A stretch of 64,000 nucleotides of DNA from the NCBI GenBank assembly GCA_024276825.1, contig JAJRWI010000050.1, positions 1-64,000 of the forward strand. Direction: 5' to 3'. This stretch comes from an archaeon. GTDB taxonomy: Archaea > Asgardarchaeota > Thorarchaeia > Thorarchaeales > Thorarchaeaceae. Positions 39,954-49,815 of the stretch are shown here, in pieces (within the stretch, counting starts at the first letter, position 1; each line of letters opens with the position of its first letter). Both the position numbers and the translations under genes were made by a program. A model generated the notes under the pieces. That model searched no databases, was not told where the DNA came from, and saw nothing but the letters and a program-made list of their open reading frames with translations.

Positions 39954-40304
39954 TTTCACTATTACCTCGGTCCCACAAGTACAACGCGCTAAGAGTGGGA
40001 AATGGTTCTTAAGATCGGTACTAATCACAATGTCTTGTCTAGCAGCCTGATCAATGAGGAGCTGAATATGGTGTTGGTAGTAATGAGCAACATTTTTGAA
40101 AAATGCTGGCATGGGATAGTCTTGAATCCAGAAGATGACAGTACTACATCCGGGTTTGGGACATTTGCTCATTAGAACACTCGTTTGATTCTTGCACTTC
40201 TTGCAAGTTAGACTCTCTAATATAAAATCAGGGGCGGCTGGAACATCTACATTCAAATCAATTTGCGCACCACACATATAGCAATAATACTTGCATTCAG
40301 TCAA
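39942..40304 (-). CDS. Cys-rich zinc-finger hypothetical protein
   Basis: CYMC, CKKC, CPKPGC, CTC pairs. Confidence 0.7.
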   Translation of the reverse strand: MTECKYYCYMCGAQIDLNVDVPAAPDFILESLTCKKCKNQTSVLMSKCPKPGCSTVIFWIQDYPMPAFFKNVAHYYQHHIQLLIDQAARQDIVISTDLKNHFPLLARCTCGTEVIVKLPV

Positions 40305-40397
40305 TCAAAGTTCACCAGCCTAATGGAGTGGCTCGATGTTTTAAATCATATCACTAAAGATGGGAGAATAAAAGGCACACCTGACACACATTAATGG

Positions 40398-40601
40398 TTG
40401 ATCATAATGCAATTGGTGGAACTGAATCGTAGAAGCAATATTGCACTTCTCCTCGTTTATCTTGTCGAAACCTACTCTTCTAAGAGGGCCTTATGTGAGC
40501 ACTGTCAAACGGAAACTCCCCGATGGAACCGTGTCTTTCATATTGGTGGAAAGTGGATATGCGTGGATTGTGTGCTGGACAGGATCAACAGAGCACAATG
40601 A
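40398..40601 (+). CDS. Small zinc-finger protein
   Basis: CEHC...CVDC; start uncertain. Confidence 0.5.
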   Translation: MIIMQLVELNRRSNIALLLVYLVETYSSKRALCEHCQTETPRWNRVFHIGGKWICVDCVLDRINRAQ

Positions 40602-40650
40602 TGAGTTCAAGTATTATTCTCAGTACGAAAGAGAAGAGTGAAAAGTAAAA

Positions 40651-41442
40651 TTGGCAATCACCATATTGGTGATACGAGTGAAAAGAAGAGTACAGCCACA
40701 TCTCAGAGTCGGTGAGGGTGATGTGGAGAGAGTCACTCTAATCATGGGGAATCCTGACAGAGTGCCCATTGTTGCTGGAAAGATGAGAGACCCCACTGAA
40801 GTTGCAAAATACAGGGGCTTTATGACCTACAAGGCATACACACCAAAGGGGGTTCCAGTGACAATTTCGGGAACTGGGATAGGCACCCCCTCCACTCACA
40901 TATGCGTGGAAGAGCTTGCGAAACTGGGTGCACAAGTGTTCATTCGAATCGGCACTTGTGGTGGTGTCGATCTGAGTGTGAAAACAGGTGATGTGGTCGT
41001 TCCGACCAGTGCCATTAGGGATGAACGCACATCACTAAACTATGCCCCAATCGAGTATCCTGCTGTGGCCTCTCCTAGACTGACCATATCATTATTCAAT
41101 GAGGTTTCCGAGCTATTGCCTGCAGATCGAGTGCACATGGGAGTCTGCTGGACATGCGATGTATACTATGTTGCTCCAGGAAATGACATGCTTGATGTAT
41201 GGACGAGGAGTCGAGCCAAGTGTGTAGAGATGGAGAGCTCGTTTCTGTTTGTGTTCGCTACAACGAGGGGCTTGGAGGCTGCGTCTATTTTGGCCTGCGA
41301 TGGAAACCTCCACACCGGACAGAAACAGGAGCAGTCAGATGAGAATGAGCAGTCTGGTGAACAGAATCCTCTATTGATAGAGGCAGTGGAGAAAGAGATT
41401 GAGGCAGTAATCCGGACGATTGACAAGTTATACTATGAGTGA
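40651..41442 (+). CDS. Nucleoside phosphorylase (uridine phosphorylase family)
   Basis: MGNPDRV, GTGIGTPS, RIGTCG, VEMESS. Confidence 0.9.
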   Translation: MAITILVIRVKRRVQPHLRVGEGDVERVTLIMGNPDRVPIVAGKMRDPTEVAKYRGFMTYKAYTPKGVPVTISGTGIGTPSTHICVEELAKLGAQVFIRIGTCGGVDLSVKTGDVVVPTSAIRDERTSLNYAPIEYPAVASPRLTISLFNEVSELLPADRVHMGVCWTCDVYYVAPGNDMLDVWTRSRAKCVEMESSFLFVFATTRGLEAASILACDGNLHTGQKQEQSDENEQSGEQNPLLIEAVEKEIEAVIRTIDKLYYE

Positions 41443-41451
41443 AGTAATGAG

Positions 41452-42105
41452 GTGCGACTCTTGGCCTCAGAAGACATGTCCCCTCGTTCTGTCATTAAGA
41501 CCCGTTCATACATAATAATGAAGGCAAGAGCTGAGGAAGCCCTCCAACTCGCTGAGGAATGGTGGAAGAGAAAAACAATCCCCAAATACATTCATGTCCG
41601 AGGACTACAAAAGGATGAGATACCCGAGTTTGTTGAACTCTACAACCGATGCTTTCTCGCATCTCCCGACCCATTCTGCCCCTTGAGTGTGGAGGATGCA
41701 ATGAAACTCGATACCGAGGGCATATTTGTTGCAGAGATGTGGGACACTCTTGTTGGATTCATTGCATGCTTTGTTGAAAAGGGCAAGGACTCGATATATG
41801 GCGAGATAACAGGTCTTGGTGTACTCCCTCAGCGACGCAGAAAGGGTGTGGCCACGGCTCTGATTCAAAAGGCTGTTGAGTATTTCATAGATGCAGGCGT
41901 TGAAGAAGTATACTGTGAGGTGTATGAGGAGAACACTCCATCAAAACTCTTGATTCTCTCCTATGGGTTCACCGAGGTTGGTCGTAGAGAGGTGCCTGTC
42001 AGGTCTATTGTGACCGAGGAGTCCGAAGACCTACCTGGCGGCAAGATAATGAGACGGTTGGGCCTTAGACCACGACCCGGATGTGCTGATTGCCGCGACA
42101 TATGA
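41452..42105 (+). CDS. GNAT family acetyltransferase
   Basis: LGVLPQRRRKGVATAL motif A, N..S..L....GF; C-terminal CxxC. Confidence 0.85.
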   Translation: MRLLASEDMSPRSVIKTRSYIIMKARAEEALQLAEEWWKRKTIPKYIHVRGLQKDEIPEFVELYNRCFLASPDPFCPLSVEDAMKLDTEGIFVAEMWDTLVGFIACFVEKGKDSIYGEITGLGVLPQRRRKGVATALIQKAVEYFIDAGVEEVYCEVYEENTPSKLLILSYGFTEVGRREVPVRSIVTEESEDLPGGKIMRRLGLRPRPGCADCRDI

Positions 42106-42155
42106 ATCAACAAAGTTCATAGGTCAGTATAAGGCAGAAAAACAGGTGAGCCTTT

Positions 42156-43166
42156 ATGCGTAGAGTGTTCCTGTTTATTCTATTACTCTCAATGCAATTT
42201 GTCACATCAGCCGTGGCTGCTGACTACACACCTAATTTCAGCGGTGATTCTGCATTTGACCTTCTCAGACTACAGTGTGAGATTGGCCCTAGGCCCCCGG
42301 GATCTGATAATATCGAGCAGTGCAGAAAACTCATCCAAGACACTCTACATGCTGAAGGTTGGACTGTTCAACTTCAAAACTTCACTTACAAGGAAACCCC
42401 ATGTGTGAATATAATCGCAACTTGGCCTGAGAAGAACAACACTACTCTCGTAATAGGCAGCCATTATGACACTAGGCCCCACGCGGATCAAGACCCTGAC
42501 AGTGAGAACAGGACTCGCCCAATAATTGGTGCAAATGATGGCGGCAGCAGCACTGCAATTCTTCTAGAACTAGCACAATCACTTCCTGAACGGGCAAGAA
42601 CGGGTGTTGAGTTAGTGTTCTTTGATGCTGAAGACTCAGGTTATATCAATGGTTGGGACTGGATAGTGGGGTCCAAATACTATGTGAGCCAGCTCAATAT
42701 GACTGAGATTGAAAGAATCGATGCAATGATTCTTGTAGACATGGTGGGCGATAAGGATTTGTTTCTAAAACGTGAAGTCGGGTCTACAAAGTCTCTTCAG
42801 GATGACGTCTGGTCTGTTGCAGCAGAACTGGGTTACGATGAAGTATTTCTAAATCAGTTCGGAAGTACGATTCTTGATGACCATCGACCATTTATTGATG
42901 CTGGAATTCCTGCACTTGATATCATTCAGCACAACCCCTTTCCATGGTACTGGCACACAATGGAGGACACATTAGACAAATGCTCTGTTGAGAGTCTTGA
43001 GATTGTTGGTCAGGTACTTGAAACCTTCATTGTTAATCGGGTTGGAGCTGATACCGAGTATCCTCTTGATATTCCCACATCCACTCTTGTAATGATATCC
43101 TCGATTGCAATAGTGGCAATCACTGCAATAGTTGTAATTGCTCGTAGACGATATAAATTGCAATGA
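42156..43166 (+). CDS. M28 family peptidase/glutaminyl cyclase-like, secreted and membrane-anchored
   Basis: SHYDTR, GANDGGS, FDAED, DMVG, DDH, WHT; signal peptide and C-terminal TM. Confidence 0.88.
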   Translation: MRRVFLFILLLSMQFVTSAVAADYTPNFSGDSAFDLLRLQCEIGPRPPGSDNIEQCRKLIQDTLHAEGWTVQLQNFTYKETPCVNIIATWPEKNNTTLVIGSHYDTRPHADQDPDSENRTRPIIGANDGGSSTAILLELAQSLPERARTGVELVFFDAEDSGYINGWDWIVGSKYYVSQLNMTEIERIDAMILVDMVGDKDLFLKREVGSTKSLQDDVWSVAAELGYDEVFLNQFGSTILDDHRPFIDAGIPALDIIQHNPFPWYWHTMEDTLDKCSVESLEIVGQVLETFIVNRVGADTEYPLDIPTSTLVMISSIAIVAITAIVVIARRRYKLQ

Positions 43167-43334
43167 TGACCAGATAATCCATACTAAATCTAATCAGTTC
43201 GCATCATCAATTTGAAGGTACCATTTCATATATCTTATAAGATGATGATTGTCAGCCGCCGCATCTTCTGCAAGTATTATCGGTATAATATCTCTCTTCT
43301 AATATCGATTGACTCGCAGCAGGAGCAGAGGATA

Positions 43335-45152
43335 ATGTGTATGAGCGACTGGGAATTGCAAAGAAGAAACTTCAGATCAATAGCCAAATCGATGCAAATC
43401 CCAATTATGGAGATTGATGTTGATCATCGAGTGCTATATGCCAACGAAAAGGCTATGGAAGCACTAATGATAGACAAAGAAGTCATCAGACAAGGTGTCA
43501 AGCTTGAGGCATTCATTGCTTCAGAACAGACCGAACTGGTCAACCGGTGGCTGAAGAAGATCGAACATGACCACCCCTCAGTTGTTTCAGTGAGAGTGAT
43601 TCGTGGCGATAAATCTGAGATTAATGTAAAGGCCACAGCAGAACCAATTTTAGTAAATAGAACTGTTGTGGGTTATGCACTATATGGTGTTGATGCTTCA
43701 CGATGCATGATTTTTGATGACATGATATCAAATGAGAAACTGGCATTTGACTCTATTATCTCCAACTCAGTGGCTGGACTGATAATAATTTCGAATGACA
43801 ACAAGATTGAGTACGTCAATGAAAGAGTATGTGAGATTGTTGGTAGGACACGCAGAGAACTACTTGGACATGACTTTCGCGAGTTCCTTCATCCAGAGAG
43901 TCTGGAAACGGTTATGAAACATCATTCAAATAAAGGCGCAGGCAGCAGCGCTCCAGTGTCTTATGAGGTCAAAATACTAACTGCAGAAGACACTGTCAAA
44001 CAGATACTGATTCATGTTACTGAAATCGTGCGACTCAATGGTGAAACAAAAACGATTGCCCAATTACTCGACGTGACTTCAATACGTGAAGGTAGACTTG
44101 CACTAAAAGAGTCCGAAGAGCGATACCGGATCTTGGTAGAAACAATGGCAGATGGCCTTGCTATTGATGATGATAAAGGATGCTTCACCTATGTCAATAG
44201 ATCATTGTGTCAGATGCTTGGCTATGATCAAGATGAGCTAATAGGTCTTGAGATAACAAAGGTCTTCGAGAGATTGTCTGAAAGGGCCCTCATTGAAAAG
44301 CTGAGAATGCGTAAGCGAGGTGAATCTGAGAATTATGAAACCTATCTAAAACATAAGAATGGCCGCCTGATTCCAGTGATTGTTTCAGCCTCACCGCTGT
44401 TCAATGCAAATGGCGAGTATTCTGGCAGCTTTGCAATCTTCACTGACATTTCAAAACAGAAACAGACAGAGCGCCTGTTGCAGGTGTCTTCTGATCGAGC
44501 ACTGCTATACCTTGATGTGATGACTCACGATATTGGAAATCAGCATCAAATAATCTCTGGATATGCCGAACTACTTGCTACACTCATTGATGATGAGCGG
44601 ACGCAAGAGATTCTGGGCAGAATACTGGAATCAATTGATAAATGTAACAAGATTATCTCGACTGTCAAGACATCTGATAAACTAATAACTGCTGAGCTTG
44701 ATGAGAGGGATCTGACAGAACCACTAGTTGAATGTGTGCGGGACTTTATCAAGGAACATGAAGACGTGATAGTTTCACTGTCAATGACCGAAATACAAGC
44801 TCTGGTGCTGGCAGACGAACTTCTTGAGAAACTATTCAAAATTCTCCTCCAGAACTCATATGACCATAATGACACAGGTAGAGAGAAGATGATCTGGGTT
44901 TCTCTTGAGAGGAACGATAACGGATATCTAGTGTCAATCAGTGACAATGGCCCCGGCATCCCCAACCCCGAGAAAGAGATACTCTTTGACCCCAAAAGAC
45001 GCTATGGTGGGATCAGTCTACATTTTGCCCGACATATCATTGAGAAATATGGCGGCTATATATATGTTGAAGACAGGATTGTCAATGATTCTACTCAAGG
45101 AGCAATGTTCAAGATATGGTTTCCACTCGCTAGGCACGACACCACACAATAG
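43335..45152 (+). CDS. PAS-domain sensor histidine kinase
   Basis: Three PAS domains, H-box THDIGN, N-box, DNGPGI; start likely ATG 43335 or 43341. Confidence 0.88.
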   Translation: MCMSDWELQRRNFRSIAKSMQIPIMEIDVDHRVLYANEKAMEALMIDKEVIRQGVKLEAFIASEQTELVNRWLKKIEHDHPSVVSVRVIRGDKSEINVKATAEPILVNRTVVGYALYGVDASRCMIFDDMISNEKLAFDSIISNSVAGLIIISNDNKIEYVNERVCEIVGRTRRELLGHDFREFLHPESLETVMKHHSNKGAGSSAPVSYEVKILTAEDTVKQILIHVTEIVRLNGETKTIAQLLDVTSIREGRLALKESEERYRILVETMADGLAIDDDKGCFTYVNRSLCQMLGYDQDELIGLEITKVFERLSERALIEKLRMRKRGESENYETYLKHKNGRLIPVIVSASPLFNANGEYSGSFAIFTDISKQKQTERLLQVSSDRALLYLDVMTHDIGNQHQIISGYAELLATLIDDERTQEILGRILESIDKCNKIISTVKTSDKLITAELDERDLTEPLVECVRDFIKEHEDVIVSLSMTEIQALVLADELLEKLFKILLQNSYDHNDTGREKMIWVSLERNDNGYLVSISDNGPGIPNPEKEILFDPKRRYGGISLHFARHIIEKYGGYIYVEDRIVNDSTQGAMFKIWFPLARHDTTQ

Positions 45153-45180
45153 TCAGTGAACTATACTGAAGATCACTGTT

Positions 45181-46101
45181 TCAACTCTTCCTACCGATTG
45201 TAATGACTCTATGATAAATCTCCTGCTCGTGTACATGACCTAACTCCTCTTTGGACATGCTCTTCAGCCTTTCAAGATACTCAATGACAACATTATAGGC
45301 CCGATTAATCTCGTCGAACTGTTTTCCCGCGGATAGCAATATCTCTGTTATATTGTCCCGTTTCTTCTGAAACAGTGTACATCTGAGCTCTAGCCATCTC
45401 TTTCTGTTATCAAAGTCAAATCTGCTGTCGGAGAGTGTGAAGACTGAGGATATTCCATAACAATGAATGTCTGAAAGCCCAATCTCTTCAAAAAACCGGG
45501 GATAACAATAATTGTAAGGATTTTTTGACTCAGCCGTTCCCAATGCCTTTTGTCTGCGAATACACTTGATGATCTGGGCCTCGAACAACAGGCCAAAAGC
45601 ATCATCCAACTCTTTAGACGGCAGGTAATGACGACTGCCAGTAGTCGGCTCGATTGTTATGACATGACCATCCTTTTTCACGACATCTTTCATTCTTCTA
45701 AGGGCGGCTATAGGATTGTTCAGGTTATGAATTACAATGTGCTAAATAGATGCATCAAAACTGAACTCTCTGATTGTGCAATCTTCGATTGACTCGTTGA
45801 CTATCTCGACTCTTTCACCAAATCTTTTTCTGAGTGTGGAAATAAAAACTGGGTCTGGTTCAAGACAGGTCAAGGAGATGTCCGGAAACAACTTGAGAAG
45901 GATACTTGTGAAGAATCCACTCCCTGAACCTACTTCCAATACTCGCACAGATGGCGAATTAAGGAATGAGAACCACTCACTCATTAAGGTGAGTGTATAC
46001 GAGTCATACTCAAAGTATCGACCAACAATGATATCGTCTGGACTCTGAAGATAACTCCAGTTTGAATAATCACTCACAGTACATCGCGCCCTGTCATACA
46101 A
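45181..46101 (-). pseudogene. Class I SAM methyltransferase split by one in-frame TAG (45742-45744): pseudogene or amber read-through
   Basis: ORFs 45742..46101 and 45181..45693 share a frame: VLEVGSGSG...FDASI*HIVIHNL..MKDVVKKDG. Confidence 0.75.
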
Positions 46102-46137
46102 GAGATACGCCTTATATAAACTCCATTAGTCATACGA

Positions 46138-47073
46138 TTATAGAGAAGGTTGTTCATTCCATCTCTCAATGGACTGCATGACCTTGTTCCTTACATGCAG
46201 AACAACCTTCCTCGTTGCTTCAGAGATTGGTTGGGTCAACTCGTACTCACACTGATCCAAAAGATCATGGAGGTGTTTCAATGGGTGCTTTGATCTGTCC
46301 CCCCAGTCCCAGATAGAACACCATCTACGGCCCAGTTCGGGCCCAAAAGTGGACAGGGCCCTCTCACGTGTTTCATGTGTTGTGATAGTCGCAGGATGCA
46401 ACCAAGGCATGTCTGTACCATTATCCTCCACCCCAAATATGGCATTTGAGTAAAAAAGATACATGGGTGCATTGACCCGATCAGCAACCTCCTTTACACG
46501 GACTGCACCAGGGAGCCCCCCAGCAATAGAGAAAATGATTATTGCACGAATCTCTGCATTCTGTGCCAATAACGAATTAATAATTCGTTCCAAGGTCCCT
46601 CCTGTGGCAATCGTGTCCCCAATTATCACAAGAGGCTCTTTTGGAAGGGCCTCAAAGTTCTCATATGCGAGCTTGGTCTTCCAGCCAGTAGGTGTTCTAT
46701 GACGCCTTGCGCCAATGAAGCAGCGATTGATTGTTTCTCCAAACAATCTTTCAAAGGCCTCTGCAATGCTGTAATACAGTCCTCCAGCAAGAGGAACCAG
46801 TTCTGCAAACCTCTCATAACATGTGTTTCGAAACATCTCTACAATGTAATATGCTACACGCAAGAAATCAATGCTCGCATCACGAGCAAGGTTTGCAAGA
46901 CTGGATCCAACTAGCCATGGCCTTAGAAGGATGTTCAGGGCGGGCTCTGACTGAATTATGTAGGTTTCAGAATGAATCCGATCACACTCTACGCGGAATA
47001 CTTTGGGACAGTCCGAGGGTGTTTGAACCTCATTCAATGACACCTCACGTGCGATCTCCTGCTGGTTCATCAA
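46138..47073 (-). CDS. Type I phosphoribosyltransferase-like protein
   Basis: PRPP-binding loop VIIGDTIATGGT. Confidence 0.75.
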   Translation of the reverse strand: MMNQQEIAREVSLNEVQTPSDCPKVFRVECDRIHSETYIIQSEPALNILLRPWLVGSSLANLARDASIDFLRVAYYIVEMFRNTCYERFAELVPLAGGLYYSIAEAFERLFGETINRCFIGARRHRTPTGWKTKLAYENFEALPKEPLVIIGDTIATGGTLERIINSLLAQNAEIRAIIIFSIAGGLPGAVRVKEVADRVNAPMYLFYSNAIFGVEDNGTDMPWLHPATITTHETRERALSTFGPELGRRWCSIWDWGDRSKHPLKHLHDLLDQCEYELTQPISEATRKVVLHVRNKVMQSIERWNEQPSL

Positions 47074-47339
47074 GTCCTGCTCCTTTTTCCAGTAACAAAT
47101 ATATTCCTTTTTTGAGTTTTAAAGCAAAGCATAATACTCATAAGCATAACTCTCCATATTTAATTAGTTGAGTGAGGAAACGAATAGATATTCACAATGG
47201 ACGGTGACACTATTCCAGACCGTCAGCAACGATTTCAAAGCACAGTTATCTAATGCTGCCGCACTCTGATGACAGGCCATTCCATATTGAGCTTGTATTC
47301 AACCAATCTGTAGTGACTTGAAAATCTCTGTGAGGAGGA

Positions 47340-48032
47340 GTGATAATAATGAGTAGAGAAGAGATACTAAAAGAGGTAATACCCATTACGGAATGGAACG
47401 AGCTAGAACGAAAGATGGCAATCATATCAAGGATGACTGCTGACAGAGAATTCTTCCCATATGAGAGTTCAATCTATGGGGGAAAACCAAAGATGGCATC
47501 CAGTATGAACAGTCTTGAACAGTCTGGAGCTACAATCCTACGACTGAGTGCAAGCGATGCACTTGATATGGGGCTTCAGCCCATCGAGCTGGAAGTTGAC
47601 ATCACAGATCTTGATGTTGATGTCATGAAATTCCCAAGACCCGACTGCTACCTGTTAGTGAAGAGCAGGACAGATGACGTTCAGACACTTATAGTGCTAT
47701 CACATCACCCCCGCAAAATGAGCCCTGATCCATTGATCAACTCAATCAAGTACTATTTCGGGGAGGCGGAGTATGTTCCACTCAGGCTTGGCGATGAGGT
47801 CGAGATGATCATTTCTGGTAAAAAGTACCCTGCGCGAAGGTTCACTACAGGCAGGGGCCCGTCAAGGATGTTATGGCACGCGGCACTTGTTCCAAAGTCA
47901 AGTGAGAAGCAGCAGGGTGTTGTTATTGTAATAGGCCGCCATATCAGACGGAAGGACCTTGTTGATGAGGTCAACCTTATGGATGACCCAATGCTGTATC
48001 AGATCATGTCAAGTCTGAAGATTGGTAATTAG
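47340..48032 (+). CDS. Hypothetical protein
   Basis: 230 aa ORF with GAGGAGGAG SD. Confidence 0.65.
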   Translation: MIIMSREEILKEVIPITEWNELERKMAIISRMTADREFFPYESSIYGGKPKMASSMNSLEQSGATILRLSASDALDMGLQPIELEVDITDLDVDVMKFPRPDCYLLVKSRTDDVQTLIVLSHHPRKMSPDPLINSIKYYFGEAEYVPLRLGDEVEMIISGKKYPARRFTTGRGPSRMLWHAALVPKSSEKQQGVVIVIGRHIRRKDLVDEVNLMDDPMLYQIMSSLKIGN

Positions 48033-48114
48033 AATCCATCTCGATCCCCTCCCTTACCTCTAATGTCAATCTTTAAGCAGGGCTTTTGCCATTGCCTCAT
48101 CTGAGGAACATCTA

Positions 48115-49815
48115 ATGTCAAGGTCTATGCGGCATGTCCCGAAAGAGATTGCCCTTTTCGGAGAGAAGCAGTTCAAAGAAACTGGTGCATCATCAGTTGA
48201 GATTCTAAGGGTGAAGGCTTCAACCATTCGAAAGTACTTCAAGCAGCTTAAGGGCATTGCATTTCTTGTTGCTGTGGTCACTCTTGACAGAGTGAGAGTA
48301 TACTTCTTTGATGCTCGAGGCATGATGCTGTTTGCTGAGAATATTGATTATAACAAGTATATGAAGGTGAGAAAGATTTCTCGCCTGTTAGGAAAGTTTG
48401 AGAAGCCCCTTCCGCCCACACCTGAAGAAATACGCATGGAGCTGACCGAAGAACTGAGAATAGAACTGTCTAGGGCAATGAAGCGGGTATCTCGTGAGTT
48501 GAGCATTACTGAGAAGAATGTTCCTGTGATATTTGTTACACGAGATGGACTGGACGAAACCACACAGAGTTTTGCTATGGCAATCAATGATAATGATGAA
48601 TTCATCATCGATGAGAGTTCAATGAGTAAGATATGGTCCCTAGGCCTAGCATATCGCATAGCGTTCTTACATTACGCCAACATGAACAGTTCCGATTTCG
48701 CTCTATGCGTGGCAAATGCCGTTGCTGCCGCTCTCCTTAAAGATACAAAGAAAAGAAATGAATGGCTGAAAGTTTGGATCAAGGCTAGCAGAGGTGGGAA
48801 TCTCGAGCGTATCACTAATCACCTCATACAGCACCTTGATACATACGAGAGGACGGGATTCTCATTACTAATGAATGTCATCCAAAAGGCCCCCATAGAT
48901 CTGGAAGTCGGTAGGTGGAATGAGGTATTATCGCTCATTCATGATGGGCTGAACTGGGCAATGACTACAAATGAGTACTTCAACATCGAAAGGTTCTGCA
49001 AGACACTCATTAGTCCTAGGGAACTGATGAAAAAACAATGGACAAACCCGAAGATACACCTTGCACCGCGGGTGGTTGTGAATCCATCCGCATTAGGCTT
49101 ACAACTCTCAATTGTTGTTCAGGATCAAGAGGTGCCTGATGTATGGGCCAGTGCCAGGATTATTGATAGCAGTAAGTCCAGACATGCAATGATAATAGAG
49201 AGTGATGAAAATCCCATCAAGAGTTACTCTTACTGGCTTGACCTCAAGAGCATTGCAGGCATCAAGAGTGCTGGGCTCACTGATGTTCCTGTACTCAGAC
49301 GCGTATTCAAGCATCTTGGGATATCAATTAAGCATAGACCCACCTATGAGGCCACACTAGACTTCAAAAAGGCTCAACTGAATTCACGGGAACTTGCGGT
49401 CCTAAAAAGGCTCAGTGAGGGCCGACTCAGGATTCTCAACGACTCACTGATAGGCTCTCCTGATGTCATATCATCACTGCTTGAGCGAGGGCATATGATA
49501 ATGCTCCCTGACTTGTATCATATTTCTGTGAATCCAGAATACTATGTGATGGGTAGTGATGTATTGCCAGTCATAAAAGAGTTCTCAGTTGAGATCACAA
49601 TGTTTTCCACAAATGATAAGGAACATGCAATTATTGCCACGCTCCCGGGACAGAACAGAAACCTATTGGAATCAGCAATTGACTCAGGGCTTGAAATCGC
49701 TCCAATTGTAAGCACATCATCACGGAGGGGTCTACTAAGGCATGAGGACACGCTTCCAGCTGAGATTGTCCTGTGGGGGCGCAATTTACATCCGACTAGC
49801 CCCACAGGTTCATGA
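48115..49815 (+). CDS. Hypothetical protein
   Basis: 566 aa clean ORF, no motif recognised. Confidence 0.7.
   Translation: MSRSMRHVPKEIALFGEKQFKETGASSVEILRVKASTIRKYFKQLKGIAFLVAVVTLDRVRVYFFDARGMMLFAENIDYNKYMKVRKISRLLGKFEKPLPPTPEEIRMELTEELRIELSRAMKRVSRELSITEKNVPVIFVTRDGLDETTQSFAMAINDNDEFIIDESSMSKIWSLGLAYRIAFLHYANMNSSDFALCVANAVAAALLKDTKKRNEWLKVWIKASRGGNLERITNHLIQHLDTYERTGFSLLMNVIQKAPIDLEVGRWNEVLSLIHDGLNWAMTTNEYFNIERFCKTLISPRELMKKQWTNPKIHLAPRVVVNPSALGLQLSIVVQDQEVPDVWASARIIDSSKSRHAMIIESDENPIKSYSYWLDLKSIAGIKSAGLTDVPVLRRVFKHLGISIKHRPTYEATLDFKKAQLNSRELAVLKRLSEGRLRILNDSLIGSPDVISSLLERGHMIMLPDLYHISVNPEYYVMGSDVLPVIKEFSVEITMFSTNDKEHAIIATLPGQNRNLLESAIDSGLEIAPIVSTSSRRGLLRHEDTLPAEIVLWGRNLHPTSPTGS

Noticed and set aside
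47197-47300. CTGATGAC with an upstream hairpin, considered as a fluoride riboswitch or C/D-box sRNA
   Set aside because: No GATGG 5' element or pseudoknot, and no properly placed D box
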